64,000 nucleotides of DNA from Candidatus Zixiibacteriota bacterium (GTDB taxonomy: Bacteria; Zixibacteria; MSB-5A5; GN15; FEB-12). The notes below the pieces were generated by a model. That model saw only the letters and a program-made list of their open reading frames with translations. It ran no database searches and was not told where the DNA came from. Shown one piece after another: positions 48,430 to 59,583 of this stretch (its first letter is position 1; every line of letters begins with the position of its first letter). Where the stretch lies: NCBI GenBank assembly GCA_036826635.1, contig DAISVY010000006.1:14554-78553 (forward strand), in the 5' to 3' direction. The position numbers and the translations under genes are program-made.

Positions 48430-49221
48430 TCAGCCCAGACGGGTCTGTTTCAACTTCTCAAGAAACTCCAGCGACTTCAAATCAGTCACCAACCCGGAGT
48501 GGAACCTCAGGAAGTTAGCTAAGGTCTCAATCAGGAAAGTGGCCTCCTGATACCCTATCGGCACGACGGCGGCTTCGTCAAGCGACGCCCGCTGCAGCAC
48601 CGCGAGCAACTGCAGGCCATCGGCGGAAAGGTCAATATAATACTCTCCCGGCTTTTGGCAAGCCGGACAGACAGTTCCGCCCCGCTCCGGAGAAAACCTC
48701 ACCCGGCCGTCGGGACCGGCCAGCCGACCGCTTTCGGCCCCGCAGCCGACACAGTAGGCCAGGGACGGATGATAGCCCAGTTGTGACATAGTCCGCAGGA
48801 AAAAAGCCAGAAAAACCGCCGGCAACGCCTGTTTCGGCACCTGCTCCAGTTTGCGCAGGAAAGACACGAAATAGCCGTACAGACCAACCTGCGCCTCGCC
48901 TTCGGGAAGCAGCAAATACAACAGTTCACAGGCCGCGGAGCCGTAGGCCAGTCGACCCAGACTCCCTTCGTTTTCCATCGAAAAAGCCTCCAGCAAACCG
49001 GTATCGGAGATATACCCGCTGGTCTGCTTTTCCGATTTGTAAAACGTCATCTCCAGCCGGGCGAACGGCATCAGACGGCCGCGTTTGGATTTCAACGACC
49101 GACCGCCTTTGTCCACCAGCGGAATCTTGCCGAACTGCCGGGTAAAGAACAACACGGTGCGGGACGACTCCGCCCAGTTGAACATCTTGAGAATGACGGC
49201 TTCCGATTTCTCCAGCGACAT
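48430..49221 (-). CDS. recO: DNA repair protein RecO
   Basis: 263 aa with an N-terminal OB-fold pattern and the zinc motif CVGCG...CPAC. Confidence 0.8.
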   Translation of the reverse strand: MSLEKSEAVILKMFNWAESSRTVLFFTRQFGKIPLVDKGGRSLKSKRGRLMPFARLEMTFYKSEKQTSGYISDTGLLEAFSMENEGSLGRLAYGSAACELLYLLLPEGEAQVGLYGYFVSFLRKLEQVPKQALPAVFLAFFLRTMSQLGYHPSLAYCVGCGAESGRLAGPDGRVRFSPERGGTVCPACQKPGEYYIDLSADGLQLLAVLQRASLDEAAVVPIGYQEATFLIETLANFLRFHSGLVTDLKSLEFLEKLKQTRLG

Positions 49222-49227
49222 GGCTCT

Positions 49228-49590
49228 TTAGTGGCCACGGTAACGGTAGACTATTTCACCGGGGCGCACCATGTAATAGTGAGTCCGCGCCACGTACTCG
49301 ATATATCGTTTATTGGAAGTAAGCATACTTCGGATGCGCTCGGCATCGATGAGATCAGCGGTCAGCTCGCGGTTGGCTTTCACCAGTGATTCTTTCTGCA
49401 GGCTGAGCCTGATTATTCTTGGCACGCTGTACGTACCGAACATCAACGAACAACCGAACAGCACCGCCAGCACCCAGAGCGACCATTTCAACGCACGTCG
49501 GCGCAGTCGTTTGTCCGTATCGGAAAGCCTGCGGATAAGATTACCCGCCGGGGAAAGCAGAGAAGATTTTTTGCGAATACGCCGTGGCAT
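49228..49590 (-). CDS. Septum formation initiator family protein (FtsB/DivIC-like)
   Basis: 120 aa with a single TM helix, a coiled-coil segment, and a C-terminal ARTHYYMVRPGEIVY motif typical of the family. Confidence 0.6.
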   Translation of the reverse strand: MPRRIRKKSSLLSPAGNLIRRLSDTDKRLRRRALKWSLWVLAVLFGCSLMFGTYSVPRIIRLSLQKESLVKANRELTADLIDAERIRSMLTSNKRYIEYVARTHYYMVRPGEIVYRYRGH

Positions 49591-49645
49591 GGGGCCAAAT
49601 TATCGCCGGGCGGTTTGAACACGCAAGCTAAAACAGATCGCCAGC

Positions 49646-50182
49646 TCAGAACAGACGAGGAAAACGCAGCCGGGACGGAAGGTCCGTCTCCAGATAACTC
49701 AGTTCCGTACCGTAAGAATCATAGCGGTCTTTCTCCAGACCGGATACGGCGGCCAGTTTCCAGCCGTTGTCGAACCGACGAAAGAGAAGAAAAGTATATC
49801 GAACCCGTCGGGTCCGATTACTCGGTTTCCGGCCGTTGCCCCGGAACGTCAGACGGGCATAGCTGGCCTCGTGGATCAATCCGTCATAGCAAAGCGTGTC
49901 GAGATCAGGCCAGTTGACGAAATGATGCTCCAGAAAAGTCCGCAGAGAAGCAAAACCGTCGCGGCGTACCAAACGGTCAAGGCGCCCCGCTTCGTCGGGA
50001 TCCATCAGGTGAAGAAAATCATCGGGCCGATTTTCGTCCACGGCCAGCTTTATCTGCTTGAAAACCGTCGCGAGTGTATCGGCCAGAGGAGGACATTCGC
50101 CCGTATGTTCCATGACATCTTCGTCGCCTTTGCAGGCCAGCGACAAACACAATACGCATATGATCGGGAGAATGCTTTTCAC
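49646..50182 (-). CDS. Hypothetical lipoprotein (NTF2-like fold suspected)
   Basis: 178 aa with a lipobox (LSLAC) at the end of the signal peptide. I recognised no family signature. Confidence 0.5.
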   Translation of the reverse strand: MKSILPIICVLCLSLACKGDEDVMEHTGECPPLADTLATVFKQIKLAVDENRPDDFLHLMDPDEAGRLDRLVRRDGFASLRTFLEHHFVNWPDLDTLCYDGLIHEASYARLTFRGNGRKPSNRTRRVRYTFLLFRRFDNGWKLAAVSGLEKDRYDSYGTELSYLETDLPSRLRFPRLF

Positions 50183-50301
50183 GAACTACCCTCCGACTGT
50201 TTTTTTATTGTCGGCAAAAGAGCCCGAACAGCTTGAGTTCCGGTCCCGGTTTCGATGGGATGATATCAGGAACGAGCCGGAAAATGCCGATAAGCGGATA
50301 A

Positions 50302-51237
50302 ATGTCGAACGAAACGAAAAAAGGCCACTACGGGAGCAAATGGCTCTGGGCTATTCTGGCCGTGGCAATCCTGCTGACCGCCTGGGCGGTCTATGCCGGC
50401 CTGCGCTGCGATTACTGCGGTGGGGAAATCACCGGCAAGTATGTCGTCCACAACGGAAAGAACTACCACCCTCGCTGTTACGAAGACCATATCGCCCTTC
50501 GCTGCGATTTGTGCGGTAAAATCATCGAAGGTCGCCATCTCACCGACTACTGGGGAGATCATTACTGCGCTTCTCACGAAGGCAACGCCCCGCAGTGTCT
50601 CTATTGCGGTCGTTTCATCGGCGACAAGCACAACCGAGGCGGACAGACATACCCCGACGGACGGACGGTATGCAATCTGTGCCTGGCCTCAGCTATCAAC
50701 AACAGGGCCGAAGCCGAATTGATTTTTGATGAAGTGAAAATGCGGCTGGGTCAACTGGGCATAATCATAGTAAACGACCGAATCAAGCTGCATCTGGCCG
50801 ACCGTAACAAACTGGCCCGCTATATGGGCGATGAGATGGCGAGCGCGAACGAGTCCGGATTCGTGGAGCACAAATTCACGCGCCGCGCTGATCGGGCCGT
50901 CGATCAAAGTTTCGATATTTATATCCTCGACGGCATGCCCCGGATGCATTTCATCGCCACCGCCGCCCATGAGTTGATGCATGTCTGGCAATATCTCAAC
51001 TGCCCCCTGGATAACGACGTCGCTATGTGCGAAGGCAGTTGCAATTACGCCGCTTACCTTGTCCTGAGACAGATCGGCGGCCGCGAAGCCGGGTACATCG
51101 TCGAGACCTTCCGCCAGAGTGACGATCCGATCTACGGAGAAGGTTTCCGCCGGGTTTCGCGGTATACATCGCGCACCAGCACCGGCGATTTGCTGGATCA
51201 CCTGAAAAGCAGCAAGTATTTCCCGGCCGGTTATTGA
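50302..51237 (+). CDS. Membrane-anchored LIM-like zinc-finger plus DA1-like HExxH metallopeptidase
   Basis: 311 aa. An N-terminal TM helix is followed by repeated CxxC...H..C zinc-finger spacing (CDYCGG...HPRC, CDLCGK...HYCASH, CLYCGR...CNLC). The peptidase motif is AAHELMHVW...EG. Confidence 0.7.
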   Translation: MSNETKKGHYGSKWLWAILAVAILLTAWAVYAGLRCDYCGGEITGKYVVHNGKNYHPRCYEDHIALRCDLCGKIIEGRHLTDYWGDHYCASHEGNAPQCLYCGRFIGDKHNRGGQTYPDGRTVCNLCLASAINNRAEAELIFDEVKMRLGQLGIIIVNDRIKLHLADRNKLARYMGDEMASANESGFVEHKFTRRADRAVDQSFDIYILDGMPRMHFIATAAHELMHVWQYLNCPLDNDVAMCEGSCNYAAYLVLRQIGGREAGYIVETFRQSDDPIYGEGFRRVSRYTSRTSTGDLLDHLKSSKYFPAGY

Positions 51238-51332
51238 GCCGATCCCGCGACGATTCCCGACCACCACCGACAAAAGCCGCCGGGCTATTGACCCGACGGC
51301 TTCGGTATAATCCGCAATATGAACAGGTCGGT

Positions 51333-52706
<1,374 letters not shown>

Positions 52707-52956
52707 TTATTTAACTGTAGCCAAAATCCCTTCAGTATGGGATTTATTCGCCATATTTTTACCGGCCGGATTTTCCAACTCCTTGGGAGACAAGCAATCA
52801 GTGATTGGCAGCGAATTTGATATGATATAGTTCAGGAACAACAGGTGAAACGAAAACTTGATGTGACCGAATAATACAGTAGAGGGAAAATCGGAAGCAG
52901 GAGTCTTCGGAAAGCCGAAAAGACATTGGGGTCAGTCGAGTCAAAATATCTGACCC

Positions 52957-52989
52957 GGGGCCGGTCTCAAGCCGGCCCCTTCTTTTTTT
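52957..52989 (+). terminator. Strong intrinsic terminator in the leader region upstream of the AGCS symporter
   Basis: GGGGCCGG pairs with CCGGCCCC around a 7-nt loop and is followed by TTCTTTTTTT. Two further hairpins precede it (52903-52924 and 52929-52956). No plus-strand CDS ends here. Confidence 0.65.
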
Positions 52990-53081
52990 GAAAACAACAG
53001 AAACTGCGGCATCGCCGCCACCATCCATACGGCACTTTGTTGTTGCCAGACTTTTTCCAATTGTCTATCTAATAGGCCATC

Positions 53082-54476
53082 ATGGCTTACCTAAACAATC
53101 TTCTCAAAGTGATATCCGATCTGGTCTGGGGCATTCCCATGGCCGGATTGCTTCTGTTTACCGGTATCGTTCTTACCTGTCGCATGTTCTTTATCCAGTT
53201 GCGCGGATTCGTGCACGGCGTGGGGATAGCTACCGGCAGATATGACGACCCCGCTCACCAGGGGGAATTAACTCACTTCCAGGCCCTGACGGCGGCCCTC
53301 AGCGCCACGATCGGCATCGGCAACATCGCCGGTGTGGCCATCGCGCTATACTACGGCGGCCCCGGAGCGATTTTCTGGATGTGGGTCTCGGCCTTCTTCG
53401 GCATGGCCATCAAATACACCGAATGCACACTGGCCGTGAAGTACCGCAAAATCGAACCCGACGGCAATGTGCTCGGCGGCCCGATGTATTACATCGAACT
53501 GGGACTGAATAAGTATTTCAAGCCTCTGGCTTATCTGTTCGCCTTCTGTACGGCTATCGCCGCCCTGGGCATCGGCAACATGGTTCAGTCCAACACGGTG
53601 GCCCACTCGTTGGTCGACGGTTTTCACATCTCCCCGGAAATGGAAGGCACGTGGCGGTGGATTCTCGGTGTCATCATCGCGGCCATGGTGGGAGTTGTCA
53701 TCATCGGCGGCATCAAGCGAATCGGAAAAGTTGCTTCTTTTCTGGTGCCCATAATGTCGATTATTTACGTCTCCTCGGCCCTGATCATCCTGTACATAGA
53801 GGCCGACCAGATCATCCCGGCTTTTAACCTGATCTTTTATCACGCCTTCCATCCCACCGCTTTCGTAGGTGGATCGGCTTCGGGGGTGACCGTCTGGATG
53901 ACCCTCTCATGGGGATTGCGACGGGGGCTTTTCTCCAACGAAGCCGGCCAGGGATCGGCGGCTATGGCGCACTCCACGGCCAAAGTTGAGGAACCGGTGC
54001 GGGAAGGCCTGGTAGCCATGCTGGGACCATTCATCGATACAATCGTTATCTGTTCAATGACGGCCCTGGTTATTATCACCACCGGACAGTGGAACTGCGG
54101 CCTCAACGGAGCGGCCCTGACGATGTCGGCGTTCGACGTGGCGCTGCCCACGTACGGGCGCTGGATGGTGGTCGTGGGGGTTCTGCTCTTTGCTTATTCC
54201 ACCGTGATCGCTTGGTCATACTACGGTGAAAAAGGGATCGAGTATCTCTTCGGGAAAGGAGCCAAGTTTCCGTACAAATGGGTTTTCGTGATCTTCACCC
54301 TGCTGGGCGCGAGGCTCGACCTGCAGGCGGTCTGGTCCTACGCCGATACGGCCAACGGCCTGATGGCGGTGCCCAACCTGGTGGCGTTGATCGGCCTGTC
54401 CGGCGTGGTGATCGGCATCACGAAGAAATACATGGACGAAAAAGCCAAAGGATTGCATCGACCGTTCGGGAAATAA
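53082..54476 (+). CDS. Alanine/glycine:cation symporter (AGCS family)
   Basis: 464 aa with family-typical motifs: FQALTAALSATIGIGNIAGVA.A...GGPGAIFWMW and FSNEAGQGSAA.AHS. Confidence 0.9.
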   Translation: MAYLNNLLKVISDLVWGIPMAGLLLFTGIVLTCRMFFIQLRGFVHGVGIATGRYDDPAHQGELTHFQALTAALSATIGIGNIAGVAIALYYGGPGAIFWMWVSAFFGMAIKYTECTLAVKYRKIEPDGNVLGGPMYYIELGLNKYFKPLAYLFAFCTAIAALGIGNMVQSNTVAHSLVDGFHISPEMEGTWRWILGVIIAAMVGVVIIGGIKRIGKVASFLVPIMSIIYVSSALIILYIEADQIIPAFNLIFYHAFHPTAFVGGSASGVTVWMTLSWGLRRGLFSNEAGQGSAAMAHSTAKVEEPVREGLVAMLGPFIDTIVICSMTALVIITTGQWNCGLNGAALTMSAFDVALPTYGRWMVVVGVLLFAYSTVIAWSYYGEKGIEYLFGKGAKFPYKWVFVIFTLLGARLDLQAVWSYADTANGLMAVPNLVALIGLSGVVIGITKKYMDEKAKGLHRPFGK

Positions 54477-54550
54477 ACGCGTAGCGGAACCAAAGCCGTT
54501 CCCTCATTTCTCGGTTGACGCATGTTCGAGCGGCACGTAGTATCAGTTAT

Positions 54551-54733
54551 ATGGAACAGCATTTCCATTGTCCCTGCTGCGGCCAGGATATCATGATATT
54601 CATTGACCTCGATGAAGGCGACGTGCAGGAGCTGGTACATAATTGCCCCTTGTGCGGTTTGCCCAATGTTATCCGGGTTAGTTTCAACCAGCCCCTGAGT
54701 TCTTACGATATCGACTTGTGTCAGGAAGTGTAG
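54551..54733 (+). CDS. CPXCG motif-containing cysteine-rich protein
   Basis: 60 aa from ATG 54551 (MEQHFHCPCCGQ...CPLCG), which matches the typical length and motif spacing of this small family. Confidence 0.65.
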   Translation: MEQHFHCPCCGQDIMIFIDLDEGDVQELVHNCPLCGLPNVIRVSFNQPLSSYDIDLCQEV

Positions 54734-54905
54734 AAATCCCGGGCGGCGGTAATGAAACACTGGACAGCAGCCGTCTCGCGGGCTAACTTGCCGGCGGTTA
54801 ATGAGGCTTCTTTCGTCGAATCATCGCCAAACCGTCGAGGAGCTAAACCATTCCCCAAAAAGAACCGACACTGCCTAAAGGAGCAAGGGGAAGGTCAGGA
54901 AACAA

Positions 54906-55841
54906 ATGAAATACTTGGTTACCGGCGGAGCCGGGTTTATCGGCTCCAACATCGTAGAGAAACTTCTGGAGCTGAAGCACGAAGTTCGAGTGCTGGACAA
55001 TTTTTCGTCCGGTCGTGAGCAAAATATCCGGCCGTTTGTCGATAAGATACACCTGATCGACGGCGACATTCGGGATTACTGGACAGTCGTGCGGGCAGTG
55101 GAAGGAATCGACTATATTCTCCACCAGGCGGCTTTGCCGTCGGTACCGCGGTCGGTCGAGAACCCGCTGACCTCTACGGAGGTCAACATCAACGGCACGC
55201 TTAACGTGCTCGAGGCGGCCCGTCACGCCGGGGTCAAAAAGATGGTCATGGCTTCGTCCTCTTCGGTTTACGGCGAATCCAAAGAATTGCCCAAACACGA
55301 GGGCATGATGCCCGATCCCCTCTCGCCGTACGCCATTACCAAGTTGACCGACGAGCATTACTGCCGTGTTTACTGGCAGCTTTACGGATTCCCGACCTGC
55401 TGTTTGCGGTATTTCAACATTTTCGGTCCCCGTCAGGACCCCAAGAGCCAATACGCCGCCGTGATCCCCCGCTTCATCACCCGGTTGAAAGCCGGACGGC
55501 CGCCGATAGTCTACGGCGACGGTGAACAGTCGCGCGATTTCACCTACGTGGAGAACGCCGTACAGGCCAACCTGCTGGCCGCGGAGAACGACAAGATGGT
55601 CGGCACGGTCTTCAACGTTGCCTGCGGCGGGCAGTTCACCCTCAACGATCTGCTGGATAAGCTTCGCGCCATCATCGGGGTCGATACGAAGGCACAATAC
55701 GACCCGCCGCGCGCCGGAGATATCAAGCATTCATATGCGGCGATTGACAAGATCGGCAAGCTCGGATACAAACCGACAGTTGATTTCGACGAGGGGCTGA
55801 AGCGGACTGTCGCCCATTTCGATTCAATTACGGCCGATTGA
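54906..55841 (+). CDS. NAD-dependent nucleotide-sugar epimerase/dehydratase (UDP-sugar 4-epimerase-like)
   Basis: 311 aa with TGGAGFIGSN, the SSSSVYG serine and the catalytic YAITK (YxxxK). Confidence 0.85.
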   Translation: MKYLVTGGAGFIGSNIVEKLLELKHEVRVLDNFSSGREQNIRPFVDKIHLIDGDIRDYWTVVRAVEGIDYILHQAALPSVPRSVENPLTSTEVNINGTLNVLEAARHAGVKKMVMASSSSVYGESKELPKHEGMMPDPLSPYAITKLTDEHYCRVYWQLYGFPTCCLRYFNIFGPRQDPKSQYAAVIPRFITRLKAGRPPIVYGDGEQSRDFTYVENAVQANLLAAENDKMVGTVFNVACGGQFTLNDLLDKLRAIIGVDTKAQYDPPRAGDIKHSYAAIDKIGKLGYKPTVDFDEGLKRTVAHFDSITAD

Positions 55842-55913
55842 AACCGGCAACGTAAACCCGGAACTGACAACAAATGATAAAGGCGGTCTGATTATTACCG
55901 ACCGCCTTTTGTT

Positions 55914-56426
55914 TTATATCGAAAATCTCCAGCCACAGTAGTGCTTGTCGCCGGCTTCGGGATCGGGCGGAGCGCAGATAACCTCGGTTTTGATACGCTC
56001 GTCGATGGTGCTGGCAAAACCGGTATACTCCACCACGCCGACCGATTTACACGGGAAGAGCGTCATGTTCTTGCGCTTGCGAGCCGATTGCACCCGGCAA
56101 TCGACCATGTAGAAGTCAAACGAGTTTTCGGTCTCGTTGCGGATTTCCTGTTCGTTCAAAACGGCGTACAGCCGGTATCCCAGCGCCTTTTTCAAACCCG
56201 CCAGACCGCTGTTGGGGGGGATATCGTGCCGGGCCATAATCCGTTTGGCCTCAATGACGGTGAAGCGCTCCCAGGCCTCAATGTCAAGCCTGATAGCCTC
56301 GTCAATCCCGTGCGCTCTTTCCACGGCCTGAAACCACAGACCATCGTGGGCCAGCCAGTTCCTGGCGAAATCGGTCAGCATTTTTACCAGCACTTCACGA
56401 TCAAGTCCCTCGAGTTGAGAAATCAT
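55914..56426 (-). CDS. Hypothetical cytosolic protein (DUF6125-like, from memory)
   Basis: The start at 56426 (MISQLEG) follows an AAAGGAGGAGG RBS. The motif NWLAHDGLWFQAVE...EAWERFTVIEAKRI matches what I recall of the DUF6125 family. Confidence 0.55.
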   Translation of the reverse strand: MISQLEGLDREVLVKMLTDFARNWLAHDGLWFQAVERAHGIDEAIRLDIEAWERFTVIEAKRIMARHDIPPNSGLAGLKKALGYRLYAVLNEQEIRNETENSFDFYMVDCRVQSARKRKNMTLFPCKSVGVVEYTGFASTIDERIKTEVICAPPDPEAGDKHYCGWRFSI

Positions 56427-56581
56427 GCCTCCTCCTTTATTGCCTCGGAATGTCCCACTATACAAAACCGGCCGCCTTTACAAAAGAACGATATTGGCCT
56501 ATCTTGCTTGAAGTCCTGCCTCCGGGGCTTTCTTGTTTGCATGAACTCCGGTGGTAAGTCGTCGTTATACCGGAGAAACCT

Positions 56582-59527
56582 ATGAGATTACTCGCGTCGT
56601 TCGCCGTAATAAGTCTGCTGCTGGTCGTTTCGCCTGATGTTCTTGCCGGACAACTCGGAGAAAAACTAACGGAAACAATCAGCACGAAAACACCCGATCA
56701 ATTCGTGTCCGTCTGGATTCGGCTCCATGACAAACAGGACACGAACCGGCTAAGTAAAACCGTGGCGACACAGGCGGCGACCCGGGCCGAGCGACATCGG
56801 ATAGCTCATGCGGAATTGAAACAAAGAAGCCTCGACCAGAACGACTTGTTAACCGAACTGGAATCCATGGCTTCCCGAAATCAGGCCAGAAACGTAAAGG
56901 GACACTGGATCGTCAATGTCATCGAGGCCGAGATCGAAGTTGGGCAGCTTGAGCACCTGGCCGCCAGAGAAGATATCGACGTGATTTACCAGCAACCGAA
57001 GATCGAACTGGTAGCGCCCGATATCGGCAAAGTTCGCACCGATCACTCGACAGCAACCGCAACCGTCGGCAGCAATCTGACTCATATCAACGCCCCGGCA
57101 GCCTGGAACGCCGGTTATACCGGTCTTGGCCGCGTGGTGTGCGCTTTCGATAACGGCGTGCTCGGTGGTCACCCGGCTTTGAAAAATAGCTGGAAAGGTA
57201 ACGACGGCGACACGGCGGCGGCCTGGTTCGACCAGCTTTACGAAGGGTCTGCCCCCCATCCTTTCCCGGAAACGTACTCCTACTACTACGATCACGGCAC
57301 CCACACCATGGGCACGATAGTGGGACGCGACGACGCTACCGGCGACACGACAGGCGTGGCTATCGAAGCCGAATGGATCGGAGCCGCGGTGGTGGATATC
57401 GCGGGAGTCTCGGTGCTCGATGCTTTCGAGTGGGCGGCGGACCCGGACGGTAACCCGAATACTATCGACGATGTTCCGGATGTCATCAATCACAGTTGGG
57501 GATTAATAATGTCGTCCTGTCTCAACATCGTATACGATGCAATCGACAACACCGAGGCGCTGGGAATTGTCAACGTCTTTGCGGCCGGCAACGAAGGTTC
57601 AGCTTCCACGGCAATCCGCAACCCGGCCGACCGGGCTCTGGATTCGATTGACTGCTTCGCGGTCGGTAATCTTCAGCATGAAGCCGTACCCCCGACGATC
57701 GCTTCCAATTCTTCACGCGGTCCTTCCCCCTGCAACGGAGCGATCAAACCGAACGTAGTCGCGCCCGGCACCGATATCAGATCGACGTGGAATGACAGTA
57801 GTTACAACACACTAAGCGGTACGTCCATGGCCGCGCCGCACGTTTCCGGACTGGTGGCCCTGCTGCGGCAGAAAAACCCGGACGCCACGGTGGACCAGAT
57901 AAAAACGGCTATCCTGAACTCCACGCAACGGGCCGGTTTCGGCACTATCCCCAACAACACTTACGGCTGGGGAGAAATCGACTGCATGGCGGCGCTGAAC
58001 GCTCTCCCCGGTCCCGATGGTCCGGACGTACGCCTCTATGATTTCAGCCATGCCCCCATCTCTCCGGGCGATACCGTCGCCGGGACAATCGTACTGACCA
58101 ACCCGGGGACCATGGCCAGCAATGTTTCGGTAAGCATCACCGGAAGCAACAGCGATCTGACCATTCTCTCCGGCAACGCCTCTTTCGGTAATATCGCCCA
58201 CGGGGCAATCGTGCGGTCGAATGATTCGATTCGGGCGATAGTTTCGCCGGGCGTGTGCGAGGGCAGCCAACTGCCTATTGAACTGAGCATTACCGGCACC
58301 GGCTACAGTGATATCACCACTCTGTATTTCGTGGTCGAACCGCCTTTGAAAAAATCAATCGCCACACACGACGTGGGACGGATCGAGTTCAGTCTGTCCA
58401 ATTACGGCGTTTACGGCCTCGGACCGGACCTGGTAACTTCGATCTACCCCACAGGCGGAGTGGGATTCACCTTTGACGGTGGCAGTAACGAACTCTATGA
58501 AGGCGGCATAATGGTAGGGGACGATTTCACCCGCGTCTCCAGCGGCTGGCACAACGCCCTGTTCACCCCGGACATGGATTTCAAAGTCGCTCCGGACGGA
58601 AATCTGGAATTCTTCGAACCCGGCATGACAGCCCAGCAAACGCACTGCATCTATAACGACAGCAACGCCCATGACCCGCTTGGCCTCGAAATCGAACAGG
58701 AGTCTTTCGCTCTGGCGCCGCCCAACGATGATTACCTGGTCATGCGCTACATTCTCCGCAACGTCAGCGGGGCCACGCTGTCGAACGTGTATTTCGGCTT
58801 ATTCATGGACTTTGATTGCTATGATTACCGCTACAACGCCGGCGGGTACGACACCGCCAGTGGCGTGACCTGGATTGCATACAACTCCGGAACGACTTCC
58901 GACCCGCAGTATGCGATCTTTCGGGGATTGAAACTTCTGCAGGGATCGGTAGCCGCCGCGGGGGCCATCCCGGCCGCGCCGTATTATCCGTGCGAGGCCA
59001 GTCCTTCCGGGCCCGGTTTCCCCACCAACGAGAAATTCCGCATCCTCACCAGCGGAATGCAATACGCCTACGACTATGACAGCGCCAAAACGAACCTGTT
59101 CATATTCATAACCGGCGGACCGCTTAATATCTCGACGGACGGCTGCGATACGCTAAGCTACGCCATCATGGCGGCGGATAACCTGACCGGATTGAAAGCC
59201 GTCGCCGAGCGGGCGCAATCAATCTATACGGATGTTGACGAGATTCCCCCGGTCGATGAACTGCCATCGAGGTTCGTTCTGCACCAGAACTATCCCAATC
59301 CCTTCAACCCGTCGACCGTGATATCGTTCGAGATGCCCCACTACGGTGCGTACACTCTGACTGTCATGAACCTGCTCGGACGGACGGTGCACAAGGAGTC
59401 CGGCACGGCCCGGGCCGGAACGGTAAATATCGAATGGAACGCCGACGGGCTGGCCTCGGGGGTTTACCTGTACGAAGTCAGGGTCGGGGAATGTTCCGAA
59501 ACGCGCAAGATGATACTCCTGAAATAA
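56582..59527 (+). CDS. Secreted subtilisin-family (S8) serine protease with a T9SS-type C-terminal sorting domain
   Basis: 981 aa with a signal peptide. The Asp/His/Asn/Ser motifs are VCAFDNGV, HGTHTMGT, FAAGNEG and SGTSMAAPHVSG. The C-terminal 80 aa (LHQNYPNPFNPSTVISFE...ASGVYLYEVR) is typical of Por/T9SS CTDs. Confidence 0.9.
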   Translation: MRLLASFAVISLLLVVSPDVLAGQLGEKLTETISTKTPDQFVSVWIRLHDKQDTNRLSKTVATQAATRAERHRIAHAELKQRSLDQNDLLTELESMASRNQARNVKGHWIVNVIEAEIEVGQLEHLAAREDIDVIYQQPKIELVAPDIGKVRTDHSTATATVGSNLTHINAPAAWNAGYTGLGRVVCAFDNGVLGGHPALKNSWKGNDGDTAAAWFDQLYEGSAPHPFPETYSYYYDHGTHTMGTIVGRDDATGDTTGVAIEAEWIGAAVVDIAGVSVLDAFEWAADPDGNPNTIDDVPDVINHSWGLIMSSCLNIVYDAIDNTEALGIVNVFAAGNEGSASTAIRNPADRALDSIDCFAVGNLQHEAVPPTIASNSSRGPSPCNGAIKPNVVAPGTDIRSTWNDSSYNTLSGTSMAAPHVSGLVALLRQKNPDATVDQIKTAILNSTQRAGFGTIPNNTYGWGEIDCMAALNALPGPDGPDVRLYDFSHAPISPGDTVAGTIVLTNPGTMASNVSVSITGSNSDLTILSGNASFGNIAHGAIVRSNDSIRAIVSPGVCEGSQLPIELSITGTGYSDITTLYFVVEPPLKKSIATHDVGRIEFSLSNYGVYGLGPDLVTSIYPTGGVGFTFDGGSNELYEGGIMVGDDFTRVSSGWHNALFTPDMDFKVAPDGNLEFFEPGMTAQQTHCIYNDSNAHDPLGLEIEQESFALAPPNDDYLVMRYILRNVSGATLSNVYFGLFMDFDCYDYRYNAGGYDTASGVTWIAYNSGTTSDPQYAIFRGLKLLQGSVAAAGAIPAAPYYPCEASPSGPGFPTNEKFRILTSGMQYAYDYDSAKTNLFIFITGGPLNISTDGCDTLSYAIMAADNLTGLKAVAERAQSIYTDVDEIPPVDELPSRFVLHQNYPNPFNPSTVISFEMPHYGAYTLTVMNLLGRTVHKESGTARAGTVNIEWNADGLASGVYLYEVRVGECSETRKMILLK

Positions 59528-59548
59528 CCCAAGGCGAGAAAGTAATCG

Positions 59549-59583
59549 ACCGGCCGGACCTGCGGGTGCGGCCGGTTTCTTTA
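59549..59583. terminator. Hairpin between convergent genes (likely bidirectional terminator)
   Basis: ACCGGCCG pairs with CGGCCGGT around a 12-nt loop and is followed by TTCTTT on the plus strand. It lies between the protease stop (59527) and the stop of the minus-strand gene (59581). Confidence 0.55.
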
